DNA of 64,000 bases, taken from positions 32,001 to 96,000 of the forward strand of contig CBDCKN010000003.1 of assembly GCA_965218295.1 (NCBI GenBank). The letters run 5' to 3'. Of this stretch, positions 21,139-31,983 are shown piece after piece (positions within the stretch are counted from its first letter, which is position 1; every line of letters begins with the position of its first letter). The notes under the pieces are model-generated. The model worked only from the letters and a program-made list of their open reading frames with translations, made no database searches and had not been told where the DNA came from. This DNA is from Longimicrobiales bacterium (GTDB taxonomy: Bacteria; Gemmatimonadota; Gemmatimonadetes; Longimicrobiales; Gaopeijiaceae). The position numbers were made by a program, and so were the translations under genes.

Positions 21139-21436
21139 CTCATGACTGCGCGGCCTTCTCCACCCGGGCTCGACCGAGGCCTTGACCATTTCGTCGGACG
21201 CGTCCGAGCCGACCACATTGCTGGCCGTGTGAGACGGGCCCAGGTTCCTTTCCCCGGAACTCCTTTGATCCTGCACGCGGGCAGGGCGATCCTGACGGTC
21301 CGGAACCGTATCTTCCCGATCGGGACGACCCAATGTCGCTGAGGATCGACGACGTATTCGATCCCCACGATGATCCGGAAGATTGATCGGAGGAGGTTCG
21401 CATGCCGCGGTATATCGGACTCGGGTACCCGTACTG

Positions 21437-22726
21437 ATGAGTACCACAGCCGAAGGGGCCGGGGCTCCGGTGGGGTGGAAGGCCGTCCTGACCCGCCCGG
21501 TCATGTCCTGGGCGCTCTACGATCTGGCCAACACGATCTTCTCGATGAACATCGTGTCGCTCTATCTCTCCCTTTGGGTGCTCAACGTCATGGGAGGTAC
21601 GGACGCGACCTGGGGCTACGCCAACAGTCTTGCGATGGTCATGGTCTTCCTGAGTGCTCCGATTCTCGGAGCCCTCTCGGACCAGGCGGGACGTCGTCTT
21701 CCGTTCCTCATGGTGTGCACGATCGCCTGCGTCGGGTTCACGGCGGCGCTAGGCACGGGCGGCCTGATGATGACGCTCGTCTTCTTCGTCATCGCGAACT
21801 ACTTCTTCCAGGCGAGCCTGATCTTCTACGATGCGACGCTCTCGGTGGTGAGCACGCCCCAGACGCGGGGCATCGTCGGAGGCTTCGGGGTGGGCATCGG
21901 GTACCTGGGCTCGTTCACTGGGGTGCTCACCGGGCTACTGCTTCTGGACCGGATCGGGTACGTGGGTGTCTTCCGGGTGACCGCGGTCCTCTTCCTGCTC
22001 TTCGCCGTTCCCATCTTTCTCTTCGTGAGGGAGCCCAAGCGTCCGGGGAACCTTCGACTCGACCCCGGCGCCATCGGACGCGCGCTGCGTCAGGTGAAGG
22101 ACACGATCGGTCATCTGCCGCGTTATCCCGGGCTCGCACGGTTCCTGGTAGGGCGGGTGTTCTACACCGACGCCGCCAACACGGTGATCATCTTCCTCGG
22201 CATCTACACGGTGAACGAGATCGGCTTCACCGAGACTGGAGCTCAGGTGCTGTTGCTAGTGGCGATCACCTCGGCGGCGGTGGGTGGCCTCGGCCTGGGG
22301 ATGGTAGTGGATCGGATTGGTCCGAAGCACACGCTCAACATGGTTCTGGCGCTCTGGGCGGTGGCACTGGTGGGCGCGGTGGCCGTGCCCGTCCTCGGGC
22401 TGCCGATGGCGTGGTTCTGGCTCATCGCCTGCATCGCTGGCATCGCGCTGGGAGGGACGTGGACGGCCGATCGCCCGTACATGCTCATCCTGGCTCCCCC
22501 GAAGAGGCTAGGGGAGTTCTATGGACTCTACAGCATGGTCGGGCGCTTCGCGGCCATCATCGGCCCCGCGATGTTCGCGTTCGTGGCGGCGACGCTGGGC
22601 CTCGGCCGGCCGGCCGCGATGGGGAGCCTGCTCGCCTGGATCGCAATCTCCTACCTCATCCTCAGGGGCGTGGACGACGAGGAGCGAGCGTGGGGGCCAG
22701 AGGACCTGGTGGAAGCGGAAGCCTAG
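21437..22726 (+). CDS. MFS transporter (UMF1/ATG22-like)
   Basis: SWALYDLAN, APILGALSD, GEFYGLY; about 12 hydrophobic segments. Confidence 0.9.
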   Translation: MSTTAEGAGAPVGWKAVLTRPVMSWALYDLANTIFSMNIVSLYLSLWVLNVMGGTDATWGYANSLAMVMVFLSAPILGALSDQAGRRLPFLMVCTIACVGFTAALGTGGLMMTLVFFVIANYFFQASLIFYDATLSVVSTPQTRGIVGGFGVGIGYLGSFTGVLTGLLLLDRIGYVGVFRVTAVLFLLFAVPIFLFVREPKRPGNLRLDPGAIGRALRQVKDTIGHLPRYPGLARFLVGRVFYTDAANTVIIFLGIYTVNEIGFTETGAQVLLLVAITSAAVGGLGLGMVVDRIGPKHTLNMVLALWAVALVGAVAVPVLGLPMAWFWLIACIAGIALGGTWTADRPYMLILAPPKRLGEFYGLYSMVGRFAAIIGPAMFAFVAATLGLGRPAAMGSLLAWIAISYLILRGVDDEERAWGPEDLVEAEA

Positions 22727-22737
22727 GACCACGCAAG

Positions 22738-24521
22738 CTAGTTGCTGGGTTGCTGCGCCTCGATATGCATCTCAACGAGCATCGCCTGGAACCTGGGGTC
22801 CGCCCTGATCGCATCCACGTCCGGCAGCCGCACGAGCGTCGCTACTCCGAAAGCACGGAGGTCGATTGCCCGCTGCAGTGTGGCGATGGCCGAGTCGTAC
22901 TGACCGACTGCCAACTGATACCGTGCCAGGTCGACCGATCGCTCGCCCAGCGCCGCGCTCAGTCCGGCGGGGATCTCCTGGGGCTGCCCGGTTGTGGCGA
23001 GGCGCTCGGCACTGGCCACGAATGTGGCCGTCAGCTCCGGATTGAACCCTCTCACCTCCGGTACGCGCGCTAGAGCGTCCCCGCATCTCCGTAGCGGTTC
23101 TCGGCGAGGAACAGGAACCCGATCTCGGTCTAGATGCGTTCGTCGTCCGGGCTCAGCCGAATCCCCTCCTGAGCCTCGCGGATCGCCTGGTCCAGCCGCC
23201 CCGTAGCGGCAAATACTCGGGCGGCGGCGAGCTTCACGGCCGACGACATCCCATCCACGCGCTCAGCGGCTCGAATGGTAGCGACGGCCTGCTCGTGTTG
23301 TCCGGCACCCGCGAATGCGAGGGCCTGGCGCAGGAGGGTCAGTGATGACGTGGGCCCACTCGCCGATGCTCGCTCGAACTCCACGTCGGCGCCGGCCCAA
23401 TCGAAGGACCTCGACAGGAAGAGCCCCATCGCCGAGTGCGCCCCGCTCGACTCCGGGTCGACCCTCAGCGCTTCCCAGGCGGTGCTCGCACCCACCTCGA
23501 GAGCGTCACGGGCTTGCCGATCAGGAAGGATCTCAGAGGCCCGCGCGTACGCGTCTGCGGCACCTGCCCAGGAGGGCGCATATGTGGAGTCCAGTGCAAT
23601 CGACATCTGGTAGTTGTCGATCGCTGCCAGGATCCCGGCCTCGGTACCACGATTCAACGTGAACAGGCCCCATAAATACTTGTCGTACGCCATCTGGTTG
23701 GTAGTGCGCACTTCATCGATCACGGGCAACTCGCCATCGGCGAATCGTAGCTCGAGTGCGTCGAGGATCGAGCGCGACACTTCGTCTTGCACCGCGAAAA
23801 CGTCGTCGATGAGGCGCTCGTACTCCGCACTCCAGATCTCCCCTCCATCGGCGGACAACAAGCTCGTCTGGACCCGAACACGGTCGTCACTTTTCACCAC
23901 CGTACCGGCGAGCAGGCTGCGGACGCCCAACGCCGAAGCTATGGCCGGGTGGTCTGCACCTCCCGTCATAGCGGCGAGAGAGGACGCTCGGGCGGCAACA
24001 TCGAGCTCGGTAACGCGTGACAGATTAGAGCGCAACTCATCCGCGAGCCCCACCGTGAAGTAGGCGTCCTCTGGATTGTCCCCCACGTTCTCGAAGGGTA
24101 GAACGGCGATCGATCGGATCGCGCCGCCGCTCGCATTGGGCGCGGGAGCCACGGAAGTCGCTTCGGTGAGGAACCACCCGAGCACTCCAGCGGCCAAGAC
24201 ACCCGCGAACACGAGCGCGGATCCGACGCTCAGGAGACGAATTGGAGCCGGTAACTCGCCTCGACTCCCAGCTGTGCGGACGATCCCCTCGGACGTGATG
24301 TCGAAGAGCCACGACCCCGCGATCGCGATGGGCAGCCCCACGAGCGTCGTGATCACGATGAGCCGCATGACGGAATCCGGCAGCCCGAGAGCGGGGAGCA
24401 TGATGTCGGCGGCTTGCAGCAGTACGAACATCGCCGCCCCATATATCACAACTACGCGAACGACCCGGCGTCGCTTGAGCTCAGCGACGAATTCCTGCAA
24501 TGCGGACTGGTCTCTTTCCAT
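22738..24521 (-). pseudogene. Membrane-anchored TolB-like/TPR protein with premature TAG at 23130 and a nearby frameshift
   Basis: ELKRRRVVRV N-terminus, SIAVLPFEN, AYDKYLWG, TPR-like repeats; C-terminal IRADPRFQAML lies in ORF 22738-23055. Confidence 0.8.
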
Positions 24522-24649
24522 TTACGCCGCCCTCGCCCGCACTTGGGGCTCGGTGGGAACGCTGAGGCTTTCGTTCGAGTCGGTGGTCATGCGCTCAAGA
24601 TGGGTCTAGGCTGAGTCAACCCACAAGGACTAGCGCGCCGACGCTCGGC

Positions 24650-25102
24650 TCATGAGTCCGTGGAAGCGGCCTCCCGCGCCCGCCTACTGAAGTGTGTCTT
24701 GGTGCGGGTGCGACGGGTGACGAGGATCCCGCCCAGGATCGCGGCCGGAGGAACCAGGACGCCGAGGACGAAGGGGTACCAGGAGGGCTGGCCGGGAGCC
24801 GGGTCCCCTCGGTTGACCACCAGCCACGAAAAAAGGCCGAGGACCATCATGAAGCCCGCCAGCCCAGCCGCGTGTCCCAGGGGTGAGTGATCCGCGACGG
24901 TGGCGGCTATGTATCCCCCAATCACCGCGATCAACACGCTGTAGGCTAGGTTCACGACAAGGTAGAAGGCCACCGTGATCTCCACGTCGGGACCCATGCC
25001 TCCCAGCATGAGGTTCGAGGAGAGAGCGGTCGCGAGCCCCACTAGAACCACCACTACGAAGAACGCGCCCAGGATCGACAGAGCACTTCGCCAGATCGAC
25101 AT
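24650..25102 (-). CDS. Hypothetical four-TM membrane protein
   Basis: Strong RBS GGAGGGAGG; four hydrophobic segments; GQPSWYP. Confidence 0.75.
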   Translation of the reverse strand: MSIWRSALSILGAFFVVVVLVGLATALSSNLMLGGMGPDVEITVAFYLVVNLAYSVLIAVIGGYIAATVADHSPLGHAAGLAGFMMVLGLFSWLVVNRGDPAPGQPSWYPFVLGVLVPPAAILGGILVTRRTRTKTHFSRRAREAASTDS

Positions 25103-25256
25103 GCCCTCCCTCCGGAACGAGAAGATCGGTTACTGTCAAGAAGACAGTAGGAACCAAGCCGACCCGGGGGAAGTACGCCATGGACCCTCCTTGCCAAGCA
25201 GCCTACTTTGGACCACGGTCGAGACGCAGGGGACTCACACGGGGGATCGTCGATAG

Positions 25257-26057
25257 ATGGCACAGGCCATGGAGCAGCTCGAGGACATCCAAGGCGTTCT
25301 TCTCGACCTGGACGGAACGATCTTCGTCGGCGACCGCCTCATCCCCGGGGCGGCGGACGCCATAGCCACACTGAGGCGGGGTGGTCTACCCATGCGCTTC
25401 GGAACCAACACCACCCGGATGTCCCGCGTCTCCCTCGTCGAGCGGATGCATCGCCTGGGCGTCGAGCTGGATCCGGACGAGGTGCTCACGGCCCCCCTGG
25501 CCGCAGCGTCCTGGTTGGAGAAGAAGGGGCTCTGGAGCCTCTCTCTCTGCGTGCCCGAAGCCACGCACGCCGACTTCGCCCACTTCACCGTAGACGAGAC
25601 ATCACCACAGGCCGTCATCGTTGGCGATCTGGGCGCGGGGTGGGACTTCGGCCGCCTCAACCAGGCGTTTCGTCACATCATGGAGGGCGCCGAGTTCGTG
25701 GCTCTCCAGCGCAACCCGTACTGGGACACCGGTCAGGGACTGGCCTTGGACGCTGGCGCCTTCGTGACGGCGCTCGAGTACGCCACGGGACAGGAAGCCA
25801 TGGTCGTGGGAAAGCCCAGCCCGGCCTTTTTCCAGGCGGCGGCGGACTCCATGGGCGTGGACCTCTTCAATATGGCCGTCGTGGGCGATGACATCGGTAC
25901 GGACGTGGCCGGCGCACAGGCGTGCGACGCGGCGGCGGTCCTGGTCCGAACCGGCAAGTTCCAGGAGGGCGATCTCTCCCGGGGCTCCCCGAAGCCAGAC
26001 CTGATCCTCGACTCCGTGGCCTCCCTCCCTTCGGCCCTGGGAGTCGGCTTCACTTGA
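25257..26057 (+). CDS. HAD-IIA family hydrolase (TIGR01458-like)
   Basis: [29 protein letters not shown]. Confidence 0.92.
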   Translation: MAQAMEQLEDIQGVLLDLDGTIFVGDRLIPGAADAIATLRRGGLPMRFGTNTTRMSRVSLVERMHRLGVELDPDEVLTAPLAAASWLEKKGLWSLSLCVPEATHADFAHFTVDETSPQAVIVGDLGAGWDFGRLNQAFRHIMEGAEFVALQRNPYWDTGQGLALDAGAFVTALEYATGQEAMVVGKPSPAFFQAAADSMGVDLFNMAVVGDDIGTDVAGAQACDAAAVLVRTGKFQEGDLSRGSPKPDLILDSVASLPSALGVGFT

Positions 26058-27067
26058 GTAACGAGCAGGAGGCCGCCGAGCACTGGCGCCGACTTCTCGG
26101 GCCGTACGGCCGCGCGGACCTTCGCCGTAGCGTCATCCAGATCCTCACTTCGGCCCCACCGTATTTCCTCTGCTGGTACGCCGCCTATCGCGCACTGTCG
26201 GTGAGTTACTGGCTCACCTTGGCGCTGGCCGTGCCGGCGGCGGCGTTCCTCACGCGGCTCTTCCTCATCCAGCACGACTGTGGGCATGGATCGTACTTCA
26301 AGTCCCAGAAGGTGGCGGACACGGTGGGGTTCTGGATCGGAGTCCTGACGCTCACGCCCTACCGCTACTGGCGGAAGACCCACGCCTACCACCACGCTCA
26401 CTCCGGTGACCTGGACTTCAGGGGCTTCGGAGACATCGACACGCTCACCGTGAACGAGTACTACGACAAGTCGATTATCGGGCGGCTTCGATACAGGGCC
26501 TACCGGCATCCGGTGGTCCTCCTGGGGCTCGGCGGGCTCTATCTCTTCGTGGTCAAGCATCGCTACCCATGGGACATCCCCAGGCGCTGGAGGCGCGAGT
26601 GGACCAGCGTCTGGCAGACCAACGCCGTGCTCGCCGCCATCGTCACCTTCATGTGGCTCACCATCGGGCTGCAGGCCTTCGTCCTGGTCCACCTCCCGGT
26701 TCTGCTGTTCACGGTCACCGCCGGGGTGTGGCTCTTCTACGTACAACATCAATACGAAGATACGTACTGGCACGAGCACGAGGAGTGGTCGTACTTCGAA
26801 GCGGGGCTCGAGGGAAGCTCCCACCTGGCGCTTCCAAAGCTGCTTCAGTGGGTCACGGCCAGCATCGGGATCCATCATGTTCACCACATCAGCGCGCGCA
26901 TCCCCAACTACAAGCTCCAGGAATGCATGGACGCCATCCCAGAGCTCCAGAACGTGACCAGGATCACGATCTGGGACGGGATCAAGACCCTTCGTCTCTC
27001 GCTCTGGCACGAGGACACCCGGACGCTGGTCAGCTTCAGAGAGGCACAACGCCTGGCACGGACCTGA
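26054..27067 (+). CDS. Fatty acid (acyl-lipid) desaturase
   Basis: His boxes HDCGH, HAYHH, HHVHH; QHQYE; TTG start overlaps the HAD stop. Confidence 0.92.
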   Translation: MSNEQEAAEHWRRLLGPYGRADLRRSVIQILTSAPPYFLCWYAAYRALSVSYWLTLALAVPAAAFLTRLFLIQHDCGHGSYFKSQKVADTVGFWIGVLTLTPYRYWRKTHAYHHAHSGDLDFRGFGDIDTLTVNEYYDKSIIGRLRYRAYRHPVVLLGLGGLYLFVVKHRYPWDIPRRWRREWTSVWQTNAVLAAIVTFMWLTIGLQAFVLVHLPVLLFTVTAGVWLFYVQHQYEDTYWHEHEEWSYFEAGLEGSSHLALPKLLQWVTASIGIHHVHHISARIPNYKLQECMDAIPELQNVTRITIWDGIKTLRLSLWHEDTRTLVSFREAQRLART

Positions 27068-27243
27068 TCCGTGTAGCGCCACCGAGGTCGGATCATGGCT
27101 GAGACACCGCCGCCTACCCGTCGGAATTCGGAGATCGATCTCGACCTCGGTTTCCAAACTTGTCGCTCCGGTGCTAACGTGGATCAGGCTCACACGGAGC
27201 CGAGCCCAGTCCTGTCCGCTTCTGATAAACGGGCGGAAACGCC

Positions 27244-28296
27244 ATGGAAATCCACCGTTCACACTTTGCTGCGGTAGTCTCCGCCTCAGCCTCCCTGGCG
27301 TTTCCACTGCTCGTTCCCCTGCCCCTGATGGCGCAGCAGATCGTAGAGGCCGGAAGCGCTGAGTTCGAGGTGGATCGGGCGATGCTTCTCGACTCCACTG
27401 TCTACGTGCGCTTCGATGTCACGGATACGAGGCCACTCCGGGAGGCGTTGGACGAAGGGCTACTGCAGGCGCAGACGCGCGTGCTCATCATGGAGCACTC
27501 GAAGGGCCGTCTGGCTTTGGTTACGGACCAGATGGCCTACCACCACACGGCCCAGGGAGAGATCGACGGCGAACCGTGGATGGTCTCGTTCTGACCCGCC
27601 TGTAACTCAGGGGTCAGTATGACGCCCACGATCGATGGTCGGATGCACCACTTCGAATATCGCGGCCTCTTCAACGGTGGCTCCGTCCTGTGGGACCGGG
27701 AGAGTGGAACCTACTGGCACCACGTGTCGGGAATGGCCCTTCAGGGGCCATTGATGGGACAGCAACTTCCAATCTTCAACCTCTTGCAGGGGACGGTGGA
27801 CCAGGCTTTGGAGGCCCACCCCGATCTGGAGGTGGCCCTCTCCAACCGGCCGATCCGGCGCAGGAGTCGCTGGGCGCCCCTGACCGAGCGTATTCGAGGT
27901 CTGTCCGACCGGCTCAAAGCCACTATGCGCGGCGAAGATCCTCGGAGGCCTAGCATGGACATTGGCCTCGGGGCCTGGACGGAGGGCGCGCAGAAGTACT
28001 TCCCCATGGCCGTGGTCGAAGAGCATGGACGATTCGTCTTCGACGAACTGGACGGTCGGCGCCTGCTGGTCCACATCGAGCCGACCGCCAACTCTGTCCT
28101 GTCCCTCTACACGGACGCCGAGACGGCCACCTGGGACGGCGTCCTGCTCAGACTGAGCGATGGACGCTACGTCCGGGCCGGCGCGCTCCTTGCTCCGGAC
28201 GGCACCGAGCTGGAGGCGGAGCGGCCCATGCAGGTGTTCACTCGCTGGTACGAGTTCGCCCTTACGTTCCCGGAGGCCGAGGTCTACGAGCCGTAG
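27244..28296 (+). CDS. DUF3179 domain probable selenoprotein (UxxC; TGA at 27592-27594 read as Sec)
   Basis: ORFs 27244-27594 and 27619-28296 share a frame; reads MVSF-TGA-PACNSG; YHH, LWDRESGTYW and RWYEF match my recollection of DUF3179 motifs. Confidence 0.82.
27610..27627 (+). promoter_or_regulatory. Candidate bacterial SECIS hairpin
   Basis: GGG-GTCA-GTA-TGAC-G-CCC stem-loop with a G-initiated apical loop 23 nt after the TGA. Confidence 0.6.
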
Positions 28297-28307
28297 CCCG
28301 CCACACC

Positions 28308-28898
28308 GTGAGGATTCGATTCGCCGCCGAGACGGATGCCAGCCAGATCCTCGAGATCTACACGCCCGTGGTCGTGGACACTCCGATCTCCTTCGAGGAG
28401 GCCCCGCCCTCGCCGGTGGAGATGGCCGGTAGAATCCGGAAGACGCTCGACCGCTACCCCTGGCTGGTTTGCGCCCGGGACGGACGCGTCTCCGGATACG
28501 CCTACGCCACCGCCTTCAGAGAGCGGCTGGCGTATCAGTGGTCCGTGGAAGTCTCGGCCTACGTCCACGCCGACGCCCGGCGCCGGGGAGTCGCGAGAGG
28601 ACTCTACACCTCCCTCTTCGAGATCCTCCGCATCCAGGGCTTCGTGAACGCGTTCGCGGGGGTCGCCCTTCCCAGCGAGGCGAGCGTAGCCCTGCACGAG
28701 TCCCTGGGGTTCGAGAGGGTCGGCGTCTACGAGCAAGTGGGCTACAAGCTGGACGGATGGCACGACGTCGGGTGGTGGCAGCTCGGCCTCCGGAAGCCCG
28801 AAAGCCCTCCGCCCCAACCCATCCCGTTCGCGGAGGTGAAGGGTTCAGAAGCGATTGCCCAAGCGCTGACGTTGGGCGAGGCCCTGCTTGGCCTCTAG
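28308..28898 (+). CDS. GNAT N-acetyltransferase (phosphinothricin/arsinothricin acetyltransferase-like)
   Basis: ISFEE, GYAYA, RLAYQWSVEVSAYV, SVALHESLGF, GYKLDGWHDVGWWQ. Confidence 0.9.
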   Translation: MRIRFAAETDASQILEIYTPVVVDTPISFEEAPPSPVEMAGRIRKTLDRYPWLVCARDGRVSGYAYATAFRERLAYQWSVEVSAYVHADARRRGVARGLYTSLFEILRIQGFVNAFAGVALPSEASVALHESLGFERVGVYEQVGYKLDGWHDVGWWQLGLRKPESPPPQPIPFAEVKGSEAIAQALTLGEALLGL

Positions 28899-29139
28899 GG
28901 TTCCGTTACCGAAGTTCGCGAGCCACCAAGAGGGTCGGGGCGCCATGGGATCAAGGCGGGACGACGCGGCGTAGCGCAAGCGGGCACCGCGCGAAGCGTG
29001 GTCGCAAGGAGTCCCAACGCCGAGCCCACGGATGCACCGTACCCTCGACTGGCCGAGACACTTTGATAACGGGACACTAAGGAACCGCAGTCCCGAGCCC
29101 CACTACCGTACCATCGGCCTCCCCGCTAGCGTTCGTGCC

Positions 29140-29793
29140 ATGTCCATCAAGTCCACGCTGAAGTCCGTCATGACCCTGGGGAAAGGCGTCACCCGGGGCC
29201 TTCCGGAGTCGACGGCCGACCGGGACCCCATCGAGTTGTTCGGCGAATGGTTTGAAGAGGCGAGGGAGTCCGGGATCATGCTTTCCGAGTCGACCTGTTT
29301 GGCCACGGCCACTCCGGAGGGCGTACCCTCCTCGCGGATGGTTCTGCTGAAAGCGTTCAGCGCCGAGGGTTTCGTTTTCTACACCAACTACGGAAGCCGC
29401 AAGGCGCGGGAGTTGGACGCGAATCCCCGGGCCTCCCTCATGCTGTACTGGCCCGTCCTCCACCGACAGGTGAGGGTGGAGGGTAGGGTGGAGCGGATCG
29501 GCCACGAGGAGTCCAAGGCCTACTTCCGGACCCGGAGCCGGGGTAGCCAGATCGGGGCGTGGGCGTCCCGGCAAAGCGACACCCTGGACGACCCATCCGA
29601 GCTGGAGCAGCGGGTATCGGAGATCGAGGAGCGCTTCGAGGACCAGGACATCCCGCTCCCGGAGTTCTGGGGAGGGTACCGGGTCATGCCCGAGCGCATC
29701 GAGTTCTGGCAGGGACGACTCAATCGCCTCCACGACCGGCTCGTCTTCAAGAGAGTGGACGGGAGATGGGAGACGAAGCGCCTCTACCCCTAG
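29140..29793 (+). CDS. pdxH: Pyridoxamine 5'-phosphate oxidase
   Basis: RMVLLK, FYTNYGSRK, RQVRVEG, SQIGAWASRQS, EFWQGRLNRLHDR, RLYP. Confidence 0.95.
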   Translation: MSIKSTLKSVMTLGKGVTRGLPESTADRDPIELFGEWFEEARESGIMLSESTCLATATPEGVPSSRMVLLKAFSAEGFVFYTNYGSRKARELDANPRASLMLYWPVLHRQVRVEGRVERIGHEESKAYFRTRSRGSQIGAWASRQSDTLDDPSELEQRVSEIEERFEDQDIPLPEFWGGYRVMPERIEFWQGRLNRLHDRLVFKRVDGRWETKRLYP

Positions 29794-30676
29794 ATTCCGG
29801 CCAGCACTCCTCCACCCGCCCTACGAACTCATCGGTCTCCTCCGCGAGGAGACCCGCCCCCAACGGTCCCGCTTCCTCCCAAATGTCCTGCCGACGCTCC
29901 TCCAGATCGAGGAGGAGGGGGGAGCGTTGTCGACGGGTGACGGATCGCACCGAGCTGGCGTACGTCGCCAACACCGCAATGTCGTTGGCATCTCCCAGCA
30001 GATCGGTGAGGCGATGGAAGCCCTCGGCCATGGGGACCAGCGTCTCGGGCGAGGCGGGGCTCAGGAACTCGAGCTGGTGCCGCAGGTCCTTCGCTTTCTT
30101 CCGCAGCTCGTGATGGGCCCTGGCGCTCGCACCCTCACCGAAGGCCCGCTCGGCGTGAGCTCGGACCGATTCGTAGGAGGTGGCCAGGCCCATGCGTAGC
30201 AACTCCCCGTCGTCGAGCTCGCCTGCCTGCGGCCAGTCGATGGCGACCGATCGGAGCAGGTCCCGCGCCCGGGCGAGGGGCCCGTCCTCCCCGGGGGCCG
30301 TGGCAAAAAGCGAATCACGCTCGTCCTGGAGCTCTTCGAGAAGTTGCGCCCAAGCCGAGTCGAGCTCGGCTTCCTGCCCTTGTCCGCGTACCGATCGAGC
30401 CGTCTCGACGAGCACGTCGCCGTCGCGAATGGGAGCCACGCACCTCCCCGCATCTCTCATCGTGAGGTTGCCTCGGAGATAGGCGTCAGGGGCGAGCGAG
30501 GGCCGCGCCAGCTTGAGGAGCGCACGGGCGCGCTTGACGATCCGTCGAGCCTCGTGCGCCGCCCGACCGAGGTCGGTCGTCTGCGACAGATCGTCCAGGG
30601 CCCGCTGGATCTGTACGTGGACTTCCCTCCTCAGACCCTCGAGGAGGGACTCTGTGCTGTGAATGCCGAACGTCAC
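29747..30676 (-). CDS. CHAD domain (polyphosphate-binding) protein
   Basis: AHEARRIVKRARALL, IRDGDV, HHELRKKAKDLRHQLE, LGDAND. Confidence 0.88.
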   Translation of the reverse strand: MTFGIHSTESLLEGLRREVHVQIQRALDDLSQTTDLGRAAHEARRIVKRARALLKLARPSLAPDAYLRGNLTMRDAGRCVAPIRDGDVLVETARSVRGQGQEAELDSAWAQLLEELQDERDSLFATAPGEDGPLARARDLLRSVAIDWPQAGELDDGELLRMGLATSYESVRAHAERAFGEGASARAHHELRKKAKDLRHQLEFLSPASPETLVPMAEGFHRLTDLLGDANDIAVLATYASSVRSVTRRQRSPLLLDLEERRQDIWEEAGPLGAGLLAEETDEFVGRVEECWPESRGRGASSPISRPLS

Positions 30677-30921
30677 GGAGAACGGAGTGGAGTGTCTTGG
30701 GAACGGGTCGCACGGCGGTCCATGGACCCGGACGAGCTTTGGTAGACTAGGGTCCGGTCACATCGCCGTCCAGCGCCTCCTTCCGTTTCCATCGACCCCT
30801 CCCCAGGCTAGGGGATCATGGCGCAGAGAGACCCCTTCGAGCGATAATGTGGCCAGCAGGCCTGCTGGACCGGAGACCTTTAGGATGAAGGTGGCGGATC
30901 TGGAGTCGGCCGAGCCGACAG

Positions 30922-31095
30922 CATCCTCCGGTGGTCATCATGACCGCCTCCGAGGACCCGGACGATCAGATCCTCCTCCTGGCCGCCGGCGCCGACGACT
31001 ACATCAAGAAGTCCATCAATCCGCCGTGGGCGGTCAACCGGGTCCAGGCCGTCCTACGTCGGGCGAGTCGTGAGAGGTCGCTGATCACCGCGTGA
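30922..31095 (+). pseudogene. C-terminal half of a response-regulator receiver domain
   Basis: HPPVVIMTASEDPDDQILLLAAGADDYIKKSINP...RVQAVLRRA; no N-terminal half or phospho-Asp region upstream. Confidence 0.65.
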
Positions 31096-31152
31096 GCGGT
31101 CGGAGCTCCGCCCCCCCTAGCTCAACGCGGTAGCCGATCCGGCAATGTACCG

Positions 31153-31890
31153 TCAGATCGCTTCGCCGGACTCCAAGGAGGAGATCAGGTTCACACAGCT
31201 ACCCGGTCGAGTCTGGCTCCCCAACGTCACCGTCATGAGACGGGCGAGGGTGCCGGGCTCCTGACGACCTGCGAACGCCCCGGAATTGGCCAGCTCGAAG
31301 AGTGCTCCATCCCCCGGGAGCCGGACGAGGGACGCCTGGACTCGATCGAGCCACTCCTGATACGTCTCGTCGGGCCCGAAGACCATTTTCTGGAGGTTGA
31401 TGCACGGTGCCAGCATGTTGAAGGTGGCCAGGTACTCCCACCTCAGGCCACGCAGGGCGCCCTCGTTCTCTACGATGTCGGGGATGCCCCTGAGAATCGT
31501 GTGGATGTCCTCCTCCGTCAGGCCCAATCGTGCAGCGTGAGCCGCGTTCGCCGAAGACTCGCGAGCCCACCGGAGGGTCTCCAGCTCACCGTCCCGGCTC
31601 TGCACCTCGTAGAGCCCCTCCAGCGCGTCTCCCCCGATGTTGGCCACCACGACCCCCACCAGATTGTCGATGAGCGTGGGTCCTTCATCGACAAGCAGGA
31701 AGCCTGCGGAGATAATCTCGCGGATGGACGTCTCGGCCTGATCCGGCTGCCCTCCGACCTGCTCGACAATAGCCTTCGCCACTCGTGCCAGCGCGGCGTA
31801 GCGCACTTCGGTGAAGTGGGGGAACGGTAGGGTGAACACCGTCAAGCTGTCGGGGAACGGGGTGATCCGCCTGGTGGACACCATGTCGAT
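31153..31890 (-). pseudogene. 3' part of a multi-TM hypothetical gene interrupted by the IS66-family element
   Basis: IDM|VSTRRITPFPD... continues the 35193-36532 frame once the IS and one target-duplication copy are removed. Confidence 0.85.
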
Positions 31891-31939
31891 GTAACTGTTC
31901 GGCCAAGCCGTGGGGAGCGTCGTGTTGTCGGATCGTGTG
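31891..31939 (+). repeat. Left terminal inverted repeat
   Basis: GTAACTGTTCGGCCAAGCCGTGGGGAGCGTCGTGTTGTCGGATCGTGTG. Confidence 0.95.
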
Positions 31940-31983
31940 GTGGGGTCTGGTAACGTGATCCGGAATGTAGTATCGTCGAGGGC

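Noticed and set aside
21140..21430. Possible small gene or ncRNA between the DinB-family and MFS genes
   Set aside because: No recognisable motif or convincing structure; may be another decayed fragment
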